DNA from: Clostridia bacterium
GTDB taxonomy: Bacteria; Bacillota; Clostridia; UMGS1883; UMGS1540
Direction: 5' to 3'
Length of the DNA stretch: 64,000 nt
NCBI GenBank assembly: GCA_045577075.1
Contig: JAZNHR010000003.1
Span: 853 to 64,852, forward strand
Within the stretch, counting starts at the first letter, position 1, and each line of letters begins with the position of its first letter. A model generated the notes under the pieces. The model searched no databases and was not told the origin of the DNA. It saw nothing but the letters and a program-made list of their open reading frames with translations. Shown piece by piece: positions 1-10,400 of the stretch. The position numbers and the translations under genes were made by a program.

Positions 1-96
1 CGAAAATTAGGGATGACATACAAAAAAACAATTATTCGCCAGGGACATTATGCAAGAAATGTCTACTATATGGCACTTTAATATAAGGAGAAAGAA

Positions 97-654
97 ATGC
101 GTGTAATTTCCGGCTCCGCTCGCGGACGAAAGCTTTTAAGCCTTGCAGGTGCGGATACAAGACCCACTACCGACAGGGTAAAAGAATCTATGTTTAATCT
201 TTGTATGCCCTATGTGCGGGATGGGAAAGTGCTGGATGTATTTGCCGGTAGCGGCGCACTGGGCATAGAAGCACTATCCCGTGGCGCACAAAGCTGTACC
301 TTCGTGGAAAATAGTCCCGCGGCGGCAGAAATTGTACGAAAAAATTTGGAAAATACAAGGCTTTCCGGCACCCTCATTCTGGGTGATGCTGTATCATTTT
401 TGGAACGGACGAAGGAGAAATTCTCCCTAATTTTTCTCGACCCACCCTATGACGGCGGCTTTTATAAGCCTGTACTTTCCAAAATTGCGGAAAAAGAAAT
501 GCTCGAGCCGGGCGGCGTTTTGGTACTGGAAAAACGGGCAGATGCCGAAATGCCTTTGCCAGATGGCTTGGAAATTTTAAAAGACAGAAAATACGGAAAA
601 ACGGCAATACTACTTATAGTGCCTACCAAGAAAGGAGAAGAGAAGCATGATTAA
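97..654 (+). CDS. rsmD: 16S rRNA (guanine966-N2)-methyltransferase RsmD
   Basis: 185 aa; N6-MTase motifs VLDVFAGSGALGIEALSRGA and DPPY; overlaps pfkA start. Confidence 0.85.
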   Translation: MRVISGSARGRKLLSLAGADTRPTTDRVKESMFNLCMPYVRDGKVLDVFAGSGALGIEALSRGAQSCTFVENSPAAAEIVRKNLENTRLSGTLILGDAVSFLERTKEKFSLIFLDPPYDGGFYKPVLSKIAEKEMLEPGGVLVLEKRADAEMPLPDGLEILKDRKYGKTAILLIVPTKKGEEKHD

Positions 655-1612
655 AACAATCGGTGTTTTGACAAGCGGCGGCGATGCCCCGGGTATGAAT
701 GCGGCAATTCGCGCAGTGGTGCGTACGGGCTGTGCAAACGGGCTGCGCGTCATGGGTATAAACCGCGGCTACCAGGGGCTTATTGACGGCGAAGTGAAGG
801 AGCTTACCCCGAGAAGTGTATCCGACACCTTGCAAAGAGGCGGTACGTTTCTCCAGTCTGCACGGTGCGAAGCCTTCAAGGAAGAAGCAGGCGTGGCGCG
901 TGCGATTGAAGTGGCGAAGGTTTTCGGCATGGACGCCATTGTGGTTATCGGCGGTGACGGGTCCTTCCGCGGCGCACGGGATTTAAGCCGCATGGGCATG
1001 ACGGCGGTGGGAATTCCTGGCACCATTGATAATGATATTGACTGCACAGAATATACCATCGGGTACGATACGGCCATGAATACGGCAATGGAAGCCATCG
1101 ATAAAATTCGTGATACGATTTCCAGCCATCAGCGGTGCAGTATTGTAGAGGTTATGGGCAGAGGTGCAGGGCATATTGCCCTTTCCCTTTCCATCGCAAA
1201 CGGCGCAGAGGCGGTTATCGTGCCGGAGAAGGATTACTCTGTGGACGAAGATATTATAAAGCCAATTTTTGCTTGCCGTAACCGCGGTAAAAAGCATTAT
1301 ATTATTATTCTTGCCGAAGGCGTTGGAAAGGCGGAAGAAATTAAAGCCGAAATTCACCAGAAAACCGGCATTGAGGCTAGAATCAGCGTGCTCGGGTACA
1401 TTCAGCGCGGCGGCAGCCCCACCGCGCGCGACAGAATTGAGGCAAGCCGCATGGGTGCACACGCAGTCGAGATTTTAATGCAAGACGCAGGCAGCCGCAT
1501 CGTCGTTCTCAAAAACGGCGTTGTGACCGACATTCCCATTGAAGAAGCCTTAAGCATGAAAAAGAGCATCAGCGAAAAGGATTTACAGCTTACGAAAATT
1601 CTTTCCACCTGA
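647..1612 (+). CDS. pfkA: ATP-dependent 6-phosphofructokinase
   Basis: 321 aa; N-term IGVLTSGGDAPGMNAAIRAVV, GGDGS, MGR motifs typical of PfkA. Confidence 0.9.
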   Translation: MIKTIGVLTSGGDAPGMNAAIRAVVRTGCANGLRVMGINRGYQGLIDGEVKELTPRSVSDTLQRGGTFLQSARCEAFKEEAGVARAIEVAKVFGMDAIVVIGGDGSFRGARDLSRMGMTAVGIPGTIDNDIDCTEYTIGYDTAMNTAMEAIDKIRDTISSHQRCSIVEVMGRGAGHIALSLSIANGAEAVIVPEKDYSVDEDIIKPIFACRNRGKKHYIIILAEGVGKAEEIKAEIHQKTGIEARISVLGYIQRGGSPTARDRIEASRMGAHAVEILMQDAGSRIVVLKNGVVTDIPIEEALSMKKSISEKDLQLTKILST

Positions 1613-1658
1613 TGCGACAAAGAAAGTCAGAAAACTTATCTTTATAGTGACATATTTT

Positions 1659-1711
1659 GCACCGCTTTTCCTGTATACTAAAGCTACCGGGAAAAGCGGT
1701 GCTTTTATTTT
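1659..1711 (+). terminator. intrinsic terminator-like hairpin after pfkA (13-bp stem GCACCGCTTTTCC/GGGAAAAGCGGTGC, 17-nt loop, T-run)
   Basis: perfect inverted repeat 1659-1671/1689-1702 followed by TTTTATTTT; loop contains TATACT. Confidence 0.55.
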
Positions 1712-1731
1712 GGGGAAAGGAGAGAGGGGAG

Positions 1732-2625
1732 ATGACGGTATACGCCGATGTTTTATTTTGCGTAAACTTTGCCATCAATTTTCTCGTTTTGTATCTGACG
1801 GGTAAAATCGGCCGTCTTTCGCCACCCCTCTGGCGGCTAGCGCTCGGGGCGGTGGCCGGGGCTGCGTATGCTGTTTTTATGTTTTTTCCAAGACTTTCCT
1901 TCGGCTATTCCGCGGCGGCAAAGGTTTTATTTTCTCTTTTTGTGGTAGCACTTACGTTTAACCTTCGTGGGATCAGACTGTACATAAAAAGTGTAGGCAT
2001 TTTTTATCTTGTAACGTTTTGCCTCGGCGGCGGCGTTATGGCGCTTTTCTATTTTACGGGTATGGGACAACGGACGGGGGCCATCGTCAAAAACGGCATT
2101 CTCTATATGAATTTGCCTTGGGAGATTCTTCTCTTGTCCGTTGGCGTTTGCTACGGGATTATCCGCATGATTTGGGGCGTTTTGCAAAGCCGACTTTCCC
2201 AGGAGAGCATGTACCGGAAGGTGGGAATTTTCTGGAACGGGAAGGAGGTATGGCTCGACGCCCTTCTTGATACCGGCAATGCCCTATGTGAGCCGTTTTC
2301 CGGTGCGCCCGTTATCGTTGCGGAATACGACCGTCTTTTGCCCATTTTGCCGATTGGGTTGCAAAATGCATACAGAGAGGGAGGCGTGCCTAAAATTGAA
2401 GCCATAGAAGACGAAAAAATCAGGGAACGCATCCGTATGATTCCCTTTTCGTCCCTTGGGAAAGAGCACGGAATGCTGGTAGGCTTTCGACCCGATGGTG
2501 CACAGCTTCTCGAAAATGAAAAACTGAAGGATGCCGGGGAAGTAGTGATTGGCATTTACACAAGAACGCTTGCGCGGGATAAAAGCTTTGGTGCACTCTT
2601 GCCGCCGCAGCTTGCTGCCCGATAG
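1732..2625 (+). CDS. spoIIGA: sporulation sigma-E factor-processing peptidase SpoIIGA
   Basis: polytopic membrane N-terminus ([21 protein letters not shown]), DTGN aspartic protease motif, located immediately upstream of sigE; GGAGAGAGGGGAG RBS before ATG 1732. Confidence 0.85.
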   Translation: MTVYADVLFCVNFAINFLVLYLTGKIGRLSPPLWRLALGAVAGAAYAVFMFFPRLSFGYSAAAKVLFSLFVVALTFNLRGIRLYIKSVGIFYLVTFCLGGGVMALFYFTGMGQRTGAIVKNGILYMNLPWEILLLSVGVCYGIIRMIWGVLQSRLSQESMYRKVGIFWNGKEVWLDALLDTGNALCEPFSGAPVIVAEYDRLLPILPIGLQNAYREGGVPKIEAIEDEKIRERIRMIPFSSLGKEHGMLVGFRPDGAQLLENEKLKDAGEVVIGIYTRTLARDKSFGALLPPQLAAR

Positions 2626-2657
2626 GGATTATAAAGTTTTATAAGGAAGGGAAAACA

Positions 2658-3356
2658 ATGAACTTGCAGGAAATGCTGCGCGCACTCCTACTGCGCATTT
2701 GCGGAAGAGAAGTCCACTATATCGGTGGGGCGGAGGTACTCCCCAAGGCACTTTCGCCCGAGGAAGAGGCAAATCTTATAAATGGGCTGCAAACGGACGG
2801 AGAACGGGCAAGACAGGCGCTCATTGAGCATAATTTGCGCCTTGTGGTGTACATTGCCAGGAAGTTTGATAACACGGCGGTAGGTGTGGAGGATTTAATT
2901 TCCATCGGCACCATTGGACTTATCAAAGCCATTAACACCTTCCAGCCGGAAAAAAATATTAAACTTGCCACCTACGCGTCTCGCTGCATAGAAAACGAAA
3001 TTCTAATGCACCTTCGAAAAAACGCGGCGAGAAGAACGGAGGTATCCATTGATGAACCGCTGAATGTGGACTGGGACGGCAATGAGCTGCTCCTCTCCGA
3101 CATTTTGGGAACGGACACAGACCTTGTACACCGGCACCTCGAGGACGAGGCGGAGCGGGAAATGCTCTCCAAAGCCCTGTCGCACCTTTCCGACCGGGAA
3201 AGAACGATTATGCGCCTTCGCTTTGGGCTTGGCGGCATTCCTGAAAAAACGCAAAAAGAGGTAGCGGATATGCTGGGCATCAGCCAGTCCTACATATCTC
3301 GCCTTGAAAAGCGCATTATCCAAAGACTGCAAAAGGAATTTGCGGCGATGGGGTAA
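2658..3356 (+). CDS. sigE: RNA polymerase sporulation sigma factor SigE (pro-sigma-E)
   Basis: 232 aa sigma-70 family with N-terminal pro-sequence, regions 2 and 4 (..[14 protein letters not shown]..); 32 nt after spoIIGA. Confidence 0.88.
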   Translation: MNLQEMLRALLLRICGREVHYIGGAEVLPKALSPEEEANLINGLQTDGERARQALIEHNLRLVVYIARKFDNTAVGVEDLISIGTIGLIKAINTFQPEKNIKLATYASRCIENEILMHLRKNAARRTEVSIDEPLNVDWDGNELLLSDILGTDTDLVHRHLEDEAEREMLSKALSHLSDRERTIMRLRFGLGGIPEKTQKEVADMLGISQSYISRLEKRIIQRLQKEFAAMG

Positions 3357-3442
3357 AGTTTACGGAAAGTTCATACTTTGTTCATTGGAACGCCTAAAAG
3401 GAGCTGTATAATACAAAGCAAACGATACAGAGGGAGAGAAAA

Positions 3443-5257
3443 ATGAACGAAGTTAAAACACCGAAAAAACCCTTACTTTTCTATTACGCCATTGCCATTA
3501 TAGCATTGCTTCTTTTTAATATGCTGGTAACGCCCAGGCTTTTCGGCGCCAGAATCAAAGAAGTAGACTACGGCACATTCATCACCATGACGGAAGAGGG
3601 GAATGTCGGCAGTGTGCAGATTGAGGACAATCAGATTGTATTTACCGATAAGGCGGAAGATAATGCCTACAAAACCGGCAGAATCGAGGATGCCGGCATG
3701 GTGGAGCGGCTCCACGCCTCAGGGGCAAAATTCGGCGCGGAAATTGTAGAAGAAACATCGCCCATTATAAGTCTTTTGCTTTCCTGGATTATTCCGATTG
3801 TGCTCTTTGTGGGCGTAGGGCAGTTTCTGTCCAAAAAGATGATGAAAAAAATGGGCGGCGGACCGGATGCCATGATGTTTGGCATGGGCAAGTCTAACGC
3901 CAAAATTTATGTAAAGTCTTCTTCCGGCATTAAGTTTTCGGATGTTGCCGGCGAGGACGAGGCAAAAGAAAACCTAGCCGAGGTGGTGGATTATCTCCAT
4001 AATCCGAAAAAATATACCGCTATCGGTGCATCCATGCCCAAAGGCATCCTCCTTGTAGGCCCGCCGGGCACAGGGAAAACCATGCTTGCAAAAGCGGTGG
4101 CAGGCGAGGCGAACGTGCCGTTTTTCTCCATTTCCGGCTCGGAATTTGTGGAGATGTTTGTGGGTATGGGTGCTTCTAAGGTGAGAGACCTCTTTAAGCA
4201 GGCGAAGGAAAAAGCACCGTGCATTGTGTTTATCGACGAAATTGATGCCATCGGCAAAAAGCGAGACGCACACTTTGGCGGCAATGACGAGCGCGAACAG
4301 ACGCTAAATCAGCTCCTTACGGAAATGGACGGCTTTGAAGACAATACGGGCGTTATGATTTTGGCGGCGACAAACCGCCCCGAATCCTTAGACCCTGCCC
4401 TCCTTCGTCCCGGCAGATTTGACCGCCGCGTACCGGTAGAATTGCCCGATTTAAAAGGGCGAGAAGAAATTTTAAAGGTACACGCAAAGAAAGTGAAGGC
4501 AAGCCCGGAAATTGACTACGGCGCTGTTGCAAGAATGGCGTCGGGTGCCTCGGGGGCAGATCTTGCAAATGTTGTGAATGAAGCCGCGCTTCGAGCAGTT
4601 CGTGAAAACCGCCGGCAGGTGACGCAAACGGATATGGAAGAAAGTATTGAAGTGGTTATTGCCGGATACCAGAAAAAGAACGCGGTTTTGTCAAACAAAG
4701 AAAAGCTGATTGTTGCCTACCATGAGGTGGGGCACGCCTTGGCGGCAGCACTCCAGTCCAATTCAGCCCCCGTGCAGAAAATTACGATTATACCGCGCAC
4801 AAGCGGTGCCCTTGGGTATACGATGCAGGTGGACGAAGGGGAGCACTACCTCTTGTCGAAGGAAGAACTGACGAATAAAATTTTGACCTTTGTGGCAGGC
4901 AGGGCTGCAGAGGAAGTTGTATTCGACTCCGTTACAACGGGCGCCGCAAATGATATAGAGGAAGCAACAAAGCTTGCCCGTGCTATGATTTGCCGCTTTG
5001 GCATGAACGAGGCGTTTGGTATGGTTGCCATGGAACACGTGACAAATCAGTATCTTGGCGGCGATACAAGCCTTTCCTGCTCTCCCGAGACCCAGACGAA
5101 AATAGATAAGCAAATTGCAGAGCTTATCGACACCCAGTATAAAAAGGCAATTGACCTATTGCGAAGCCATAAGGGAAAGCTGGACGAAATTGCAAAGTAT
5201 CTTTACGAGAACGAAACCGTTACAGGCGAAGAATTTATGCAAATATTATATCAATAA
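3443..5257 (+). CDS. ftsH: ATP-dependent zinc metalloprotease FtsH
   Basis: 604 aa; N-terminal TM, Walker [19 protein letters not shown] zinc motif. Confidence 0.93.
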   Translation: MNEVKTPKKPLLFYYAIAIIALLLFNMLVTPRLFGARIKEVDYGTFITMTEEGNVGSVQIEDNQIVFTDKAEDNAYKTGRIEDAGMVERLHASGAKFGAEIVEETSPIISLLLSWIIPIVLFVGVGQFLSKKMMKKMGGGPDAMMFGMGKSNAKIYVKSSSGIKFSDVAGEDEAKENLAEVVDYLHNPKKYTAIGASMPKGILLVGPPGTGKTMLAKAVAGEANVPFFSISGSEFVEMFVGMGASKVRDLFKQAKEKAPCIVFIDEIDAIGKKRDAHFGGNDEREQTLNQLLTEMDGFEDNTGVMILAATNRPESLDPALLRPGRFDRRVPVELPDLKGREEILKVHAKKVKASPEIDYGAVARMASGASGADLANVVNEAALRAVRENRRQVTQTDMEESIEVVIAGYQKKNAVLSNKEKLIVAYHEVGHALAAALQSNSAPVQKITIIPRTSGALGYTMQVDEGEHYLLSKEELTNKILTFVAGRAAEEVVFDSVTTGAANDIEEATKLARAMICRFGMNEAFGMVAMEHVTNQYLGGDTSLSCSPETQTKIDKQIAELIDTQYKKAIDLLRSHKGKLDEIAKYLYENETVTGEEFMQILYQ

Positions 5258-5281
5258 AAAAGGGCCTTTGGCCCTTTTTTA
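5256..5281. terminator. bidirectional intrinsic terminator (GGGCC-TTT-GGCCC flanked by A- and T-runs) between convergent ftsH and DUF11 gene
   Basis: AAAAAAGGGCCTTTGGCCCTTTTTT. Confidence 0.8.
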
Positions 5282-6133
5282 TACGGTACCCGTCACCTGT
5301 ACTACGGCTACACCGGGGGTCATAATAAACCTTCCGGTTATACTGTCTCTGGAAAACGTCGCGGCAGGAACGGTGATTTGCCCTTCGCCCGTTGTAAAGA
5401 GCCCCGTGAGGGTGTTATAGGTATACTGTGCAGGGGAAGTCCAGGGTGTGCCGTTGTACGTCACGGTAATATCTGACAAAATGGGGTCGAAGGTATCGGT
5501 AATCACCACGTTATCGGTTGCTACCGCGGCGCGGCTGCCTGTGTTTTGAATCACAAACGTATAGGTAAGGCTACCGTTTTCTGTGACGGTGGTAGGAAAC
5601 AGGCTTTTGCTAATGGTTAGAAACGCACCGCCTTCCGCCGAAACAGTTTCGTAAGCCGTCAGCGCAGTTGTTACGCCACAGCCGGAAAAACGGACAGTGT
5701 TCGTGATGGTACTGCCGGTGGCGAGGGGCGCAAAGTCGTTGACGACAACGTCGTAAATAAGCAGCAGATTGCCGTTTGCCGGGATGGTAAGGTCACGAAT
5801 TACGAGATTTTCATCGGCAGAAACGGCAGGGGAAGGCTGCAAGGCGCCGTTTATATAAAGACGCAAGGAATCTGCAATATAGGTTAGCGGCACCAGAGCT
5901 ACCCCTTCAAAGGTATACGCCCCCAGGTTGTCCGCAATCGACAGGGCACCGAAGGGCGACGCACTCGTATTTGTAACACCGATAATATAGGTAATTCTGC
6001 CATCTCGCCGATAGGTGGGGCTGAGGGCAGTTTTCGTGATGGATAAAACGTCTAAAAGCTCCCCGGTCACAATATTGGAATTGGTTTCCATACCGGCGTA
6101 GGTCAGCGTTGCCTGATTTGAAAAGGTTGCCAT
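5279..6133 (-). CDS. DUF11 (conserved repeat domain, TIGR01451-like) repeat protein, no signal peptide
   Basis: 284 aa; Thr/Asn/Val-rich beta-type repeats (LTYTFVIQNTG.., ITDTFDP..), GGAGG RBS; no N-terminal signal sequence. Confidence 0.55.
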   Translation of the reverse strand: MATFSNQATLTYAGMETNSNIVTGELLDVLSITKTALSPTYRRDGRITYIIGVTNTSASPFGALSIADNLGAYTFEGVALVPLTYIADSLRLYINGALQPSPAVSADENLVIRDLTIPANGNLLLIYDVVVNDFAPLATGSTITNTVRFSGCGVTTALTAYETVSAEGGAFLTISKSLFPTTVTENGSLTYTFVIQNTGSRAAVATDNVVITDTFDPILSDITVTYNGTPWTSPAQYTYNTLTGLFTTGEGQITVPAATFSRDSITGRFIMTPGVAVVQVTGTV

Positions 6134-6215
6134 AAAATTCCTCCTTATGAGTTGTTTTCCCTACCATAGTATTCGAGTTTCAAAAGAAGGTGCTGTTTTC
6201 CTGCAAAAAAGTGCA

Positions 6216-6252
6216 TTTAAAAAGGACGCAATTCGCTTTGAATTGCGTCCTA
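6216..6252 (-). terminator. intrinsic terminator of the smc-Card1-like operon
   Basis: 12-bp perfect stem AGGACGCAATTC/GAATTGCGTCCT overlapping the TAG stop, followed on minus strand by TTTTTAA. Confidence 0.8.
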
Positions 6253-7434
6253 TTTGCTTAAAAGTTTTCTTTGCAGCATCTTGGAAAAGCCGCCGGGCGT
6301 CATAGTTTGTACATCTTGAAAAACCGTAATACCCAGCTCTCGTGCCCTCCCGAGAAAAGAAATGTCAGCCTTCTGGCGTGTTAAAATGATAGCTTTTTTT
6401 GCATATGGACCGCCAAACCGTGCCGCTACAACCGATAGCTTATACAGCTCGTGGGTATCCACAAACCCGTTTTTACAAGAGATGAAAATGGGGGTCAGTG
6501 TATCCATAAGCATAACGTCCATCTCGTTTTTCACATCGTCTTGTCCCTTTGGCGGGGAAGCATCCCACTCAATTACAACGCCGATTTTTGCATCGGAAAA
6601 GGGCGCGTTTTTCTGTCCGGGGTACACATAGGCGGCATAGTAGGTGAAAAGCTCAAGGACGGAGCCTTCTTTGGAAAGAGCAGACTGTACTGCCCGGCTT
6701 TTATACCGAAAAGAAAGCGTAGTATCATTTTCCGTGTACTGTACAAGACAGCCTGCATTTACAAGCGCATGAAGCACAGAAAAAAGCTTTTTTGCCTTTT
6801 GGGGCGACAGAGTGCGGTTTATTTTCGGCATGGAAATATACGGGCTTATATTCTCCGGCGTGCAAAAAGAATGGAATAAACTTAGGGCGGTGTTAAAGTC
6901 ACCACAGTTTTGTCGGCACACGGACCAAACCGCCAGTACGTCCTGCCAAAAGCCTTTATGCTCTTTTGCAGGAGAAGTACTTTCCGTTATCCTGCCGCCG
7001 TACAGGGAAATAATTTCCCGTATAGAAAGGCGGACAGGGGTAATCGGGGGATACGCCTCTCCCTTTGCAAAGACGGAAAGCGTGCCGTTTCTGTGGTCCA
7101 GGGTGTGCATGGGTGTGCCGTATTTTTGGGAAAGAGCGCCCATGGCAACAAGAAGCTCCGTCTCGCCCCCCACAAGGTCAAACACGCAGTCTCCATACTG
7201 TAGGAGAAGAGATTCCAGCCCCTTTAAAATCGTTTCGAAAGATTTGTCGGGAATGCAAAGGACTTCCACTTTCGTAGCCTGCTTTCGTTCGCGGAGCAAA
7301 GCGTCAAGACGTTTTGCCATTTGGTGCATTTTTTCACCCTCTGTACCAAACAGCACAAGCCGGTCCGGCAAAAGCAGTAGGGCAGAGAGGGCGTTGTGCA
7401 TTGCGATGGAGTCAAAAAATTCTATTACCGTCAA
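6250..7434 (-). CDS. CARF-domain / restriction-endonuclease-like protein of the DUF1887 (Card1/Can2-like) family
   Basis: 394 aa; N-terminal Rossmann-like segments (LLLLPDRLVLFGTEGEKMHQMAK; VFDLVGGETELLVAMGAL) and C-terminal EMDVMLMD..IFISCKNG..ELYKL..GRARELGI resembling Card1 CARF and PD-(D/E)xK regions as recalled; TTG start overlaps smc stop (TTGA) with AGGTGA SD 6 nt upstream. Confidence 0.55.
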   Translation of the reverse strand: MTVIEFFDSIAMHNALSALLLLPDRLVLFGTEGEKMHQMAKRLDALLRERKQATKVEVLCIPDKSFETILKGLESLLLQYGDCVFDLVGGETELLVAMGALSQKYGTPMHTLDHRNGTLSVFAKGEAYPPITPVRLSIREIISLYGGRITESTSPAKEHKGFWQDVLAVWSVCRQNCGDFNTALSLFHSFCTPENISPYISMPKINRTLSPQKAKKLFSVLHALVNAGCLVQYTENDTTLSFRYKSRAVQSALSKEGSVLELFTYYAAYVYPGQKNAPFSDAKIGVVIEWDASPPKGQDDVKNEMDVMLMDTLTPIFISCKNGFVDTHELYKLSVVAARFGGPYAKKAIILTRQKADISFLGRARELGITVFQDVQTMTPGGFSKMLQRKLLSK

Positions 7435-10400
7435 ACCGAATCACCTTTGTATTCATTCCGGATGTCATTCAGCTGCATGGTAAGCAGCTTTGAGACGCCT
7501 TTTTCCTGCATGGTTACCCCGTAAAGCACGTCTGCCGCTTCCATGGTGCCGCGGCGGTGGGTAACAATAATAAACTGTGTATCTGCGTAGTCACGCAGAT
7601 AGGATGCAAAGCGGTCAATGTTATGGTCATCAAGGGCGGATTCAATTTCGTCCAGGATACAAAACGGTGCCGGCCGCACGCGTAGCACAGAGAACAAAAT
7701 TGCAATGGCGGTAAGGGCTTTTTCACCGCCGGATAAGAGAGAGAGATTTTGCAGCTTTTTGCCCGGAGGCTGTACATCAATTTCAATACCGCTTTCCAGC
7801 ACATTTTCAGGGTCTGTGAGTGTAAGGCGACCTGTGCCGCCGCCAAAGAGGGCGCGGAAGGTGCCTTCGAAGTGCGCCGCAATTTCCTGAAATCTTTCGG
7901 CGAAGGTTTCCGTCATTACCTTCGTCATGTCTGTAATAATTTTGTTTAGCTCTGCTATGGCCTTTTCCAAATCTTCGATTTGCTTTGTCAAAAATGCATG
8001 CCGCTGCTTCACCTCTGCATATTCATTTACGGCATCCACATTGACGCTTCCAAGGCTGCGGATTGCACGGCGAAGTCGCACCGCTTCCTCTTTGGCAGTG
8101 CCGATGGGGCCGATATCCGCCACAAATGCGGCGGCACCGGAATAGGTCAGCTCATAAGCGTCCCAAAGATGGTTTACGGTTGCATCCAAATCGTTTTGCG
8201 TTTTCTCAAGACGAGCCTCAAGCCTCGTCTTTTCTCCTTGCAGGGCGTAAAGCTTTTCGTTTTGGGTCTGCAAATCCGTACGCATCTTGGACGCGGCAGC
8301 ATCTGCGCTCGTTTTTTCTTGGCCCATTTTCTCCAGCATTTCCCGGAATTCCTGTACCCGCTTTTGCCCTTCCGCAATATCCAGAAGACGGTTTGCGTGG
8401 CGCAGGCGAAGGTCCTCGGCACTTTGAAGTGCTTGTACCTTCTGTGCTTCTCGGTTTGCAATTTCGAGCTCCAGCTTTTGTATGGAGAGAAGCGTTTGTT
8501 CCCGTCTTGCACGGGCAGCATCCAAATCTTTTTCCGCAGAATTTACCGCGACCTGTAGCTGTGCCAAAGCGTCGCGCTGGCGGCTTTGGTCTTCCATATA
8601 TGCATGTAAAAGTGCACGCGCCTCCTCTGTACGAAGGGTGGATTCCTGATGGCGCGCACGAAGGTCAGCCTCTGCATTTTGCAGGCGCTCCCGTTCCTTA
8701 TCCGCGTTTTCCAGTTGCAGTTCAGCACTTGCAAGGTCAGCTTGCAGACGGGTAAGGTGTGCCTCTTCGTTTTCGCGCGCGGAATTTTGCAGCTGCATAT
8801 TGCCGTTGCACTGCATAAATTCCGTTTTTTTCTGCATGTGTGCATTGCGGAGTGATTCCAACTGTTCCGTAAGGGAGGCAACATCGTCCGTCTTTTTATC
8901 AATCTGTGTTTCCGCCTTCTCCATTTTGACGGAAAGTGCCTTGCATTCTTTCTCAAGGGTCGCAATCTCTTCGCTTCTGCCGAGGAGATTTGCATTTCCG
9001 ACGCGGCTGCCGCCGGACATGGAACCGCCGCGCAGCAGCACCTCGCCGTCTGTGGTGACAATTTTAAACTGGTGAGAAAATTTTCTGGCGGCACCAATGG
9101 CATGGTCAATGTTGTCCATGACTACCGTTTGCCCCAGAAGCTGTAGAATAATATCTTTGTATGCCTTGTCGCATTTTACGAGGTCACATCCAAGACCAAT
9201 AAAGCCGGGACAGGCAGAAACCTTCCCCTCATTTTGCAGGCGCGTGCCCTTTACTGCCGAAATGGGCAGAAAAGTAGCACGGCCGGCGTGGTTTTGCTTT
9301 AGGAAGGCTATCGCCGTCTTGGCGTCCTCTTCGCTTCCCACAACGATATTCTGCAGGGAAGCGCCAAGTGCCGTTTCAATGGCGGTAATATAAGGAGAGT
9401 CCACCTGAATAAGCTGGGAAAGCACGCCCCGAATATCAGCCGAAAGACGGGCCGAAAGGATTGCCCGAACGCCCCTGCCGTAGCCCTCCATGTTTTGCTC
9501 CATATCGGAAAGGGCATTTTTTCTAGACAGGCGCTGGTTATATACACGCATAAGCTCGTTAAAGCCGGTTTTGTCATTTGCCAGGTCTGTTTGCAACTGC
9601 GTCCGCTTTTCCAAAAGGGTACGGAAGGATTCTTCTGCCGCCTTAATCTCGGCAGAAAGTGTTTCCTGTCTTTCCCGAAGGGCTTTCGTTTCTTTCACAA
9701 TGTCCGAAATTCTTTGCTCGCTCGTTGTAATTTCTGCAGAAAGCTCTGCAATTCTTGCGTTTAAATCGTAGCCGGACAGGGCGTCGATATGCTTTGCCGT
9801 CTCGTCCGCCTGGGTGAGAAGCTGCATAGAGGCGGCGGCAAGGTTTTCCGCAATCCCCGTTTGGGTACGAATGGCATCTGCCGCATCTTCCAATTTGATT
9901 TTCCCCGTTTCTACGGCTTTTTCAGCCTCGGAAAGGGCGGCGTGGCAGCTTGCAATGTGTGCCTCGGCTTCTTCTGCGGCGCTTATTAGGCCGGAGATTT
10001 CTTCTTCCAACGCCTTCTTTTGCGCCTCAAAATTTTCTGCAGCTTTCAGTTCTGTTTCTATGCGCTGGGAGAGAAGGGCATTGTCGCCTTCCCAGCCTTT
10101 TACGGAAAGGTCGGTACTGTGCATAAGAGAGCGGAGTGCTTCCATTTCCGCATCCCGGGTTTTCATTGTCCCGTATAAGGATTCTTCCTCTTTTTGCATA
10201 GTTTCAAGCTTCGCTGATTCTGTTTCCAGTTGTTCGGAGACTTGTGAAAATAAAGCGGAGGCTTCTTCTTGTGTTTTTCGAAGCTTATCAATATCTAAAA
10301 TAGAGAGGTTAATTTCCAAAACCTTTAGTTTTTCGTATAAGTCCAAATATTCCCGTGCCTTTTTTGCCTGATTTTCCAGCGGCCCGAGACGGGATGCAAG

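Noticed and set aside
8063-8755. 230-aa plus-strand ORF, and several others between 7514 and 10985, antisense within smc
   Set aside because: Low-complexity, Arg/Pro-rich translations with no RBS, fully embedded in a high-confidence SMC reading frame; typical antisense artefacts of a GC-biased gene.
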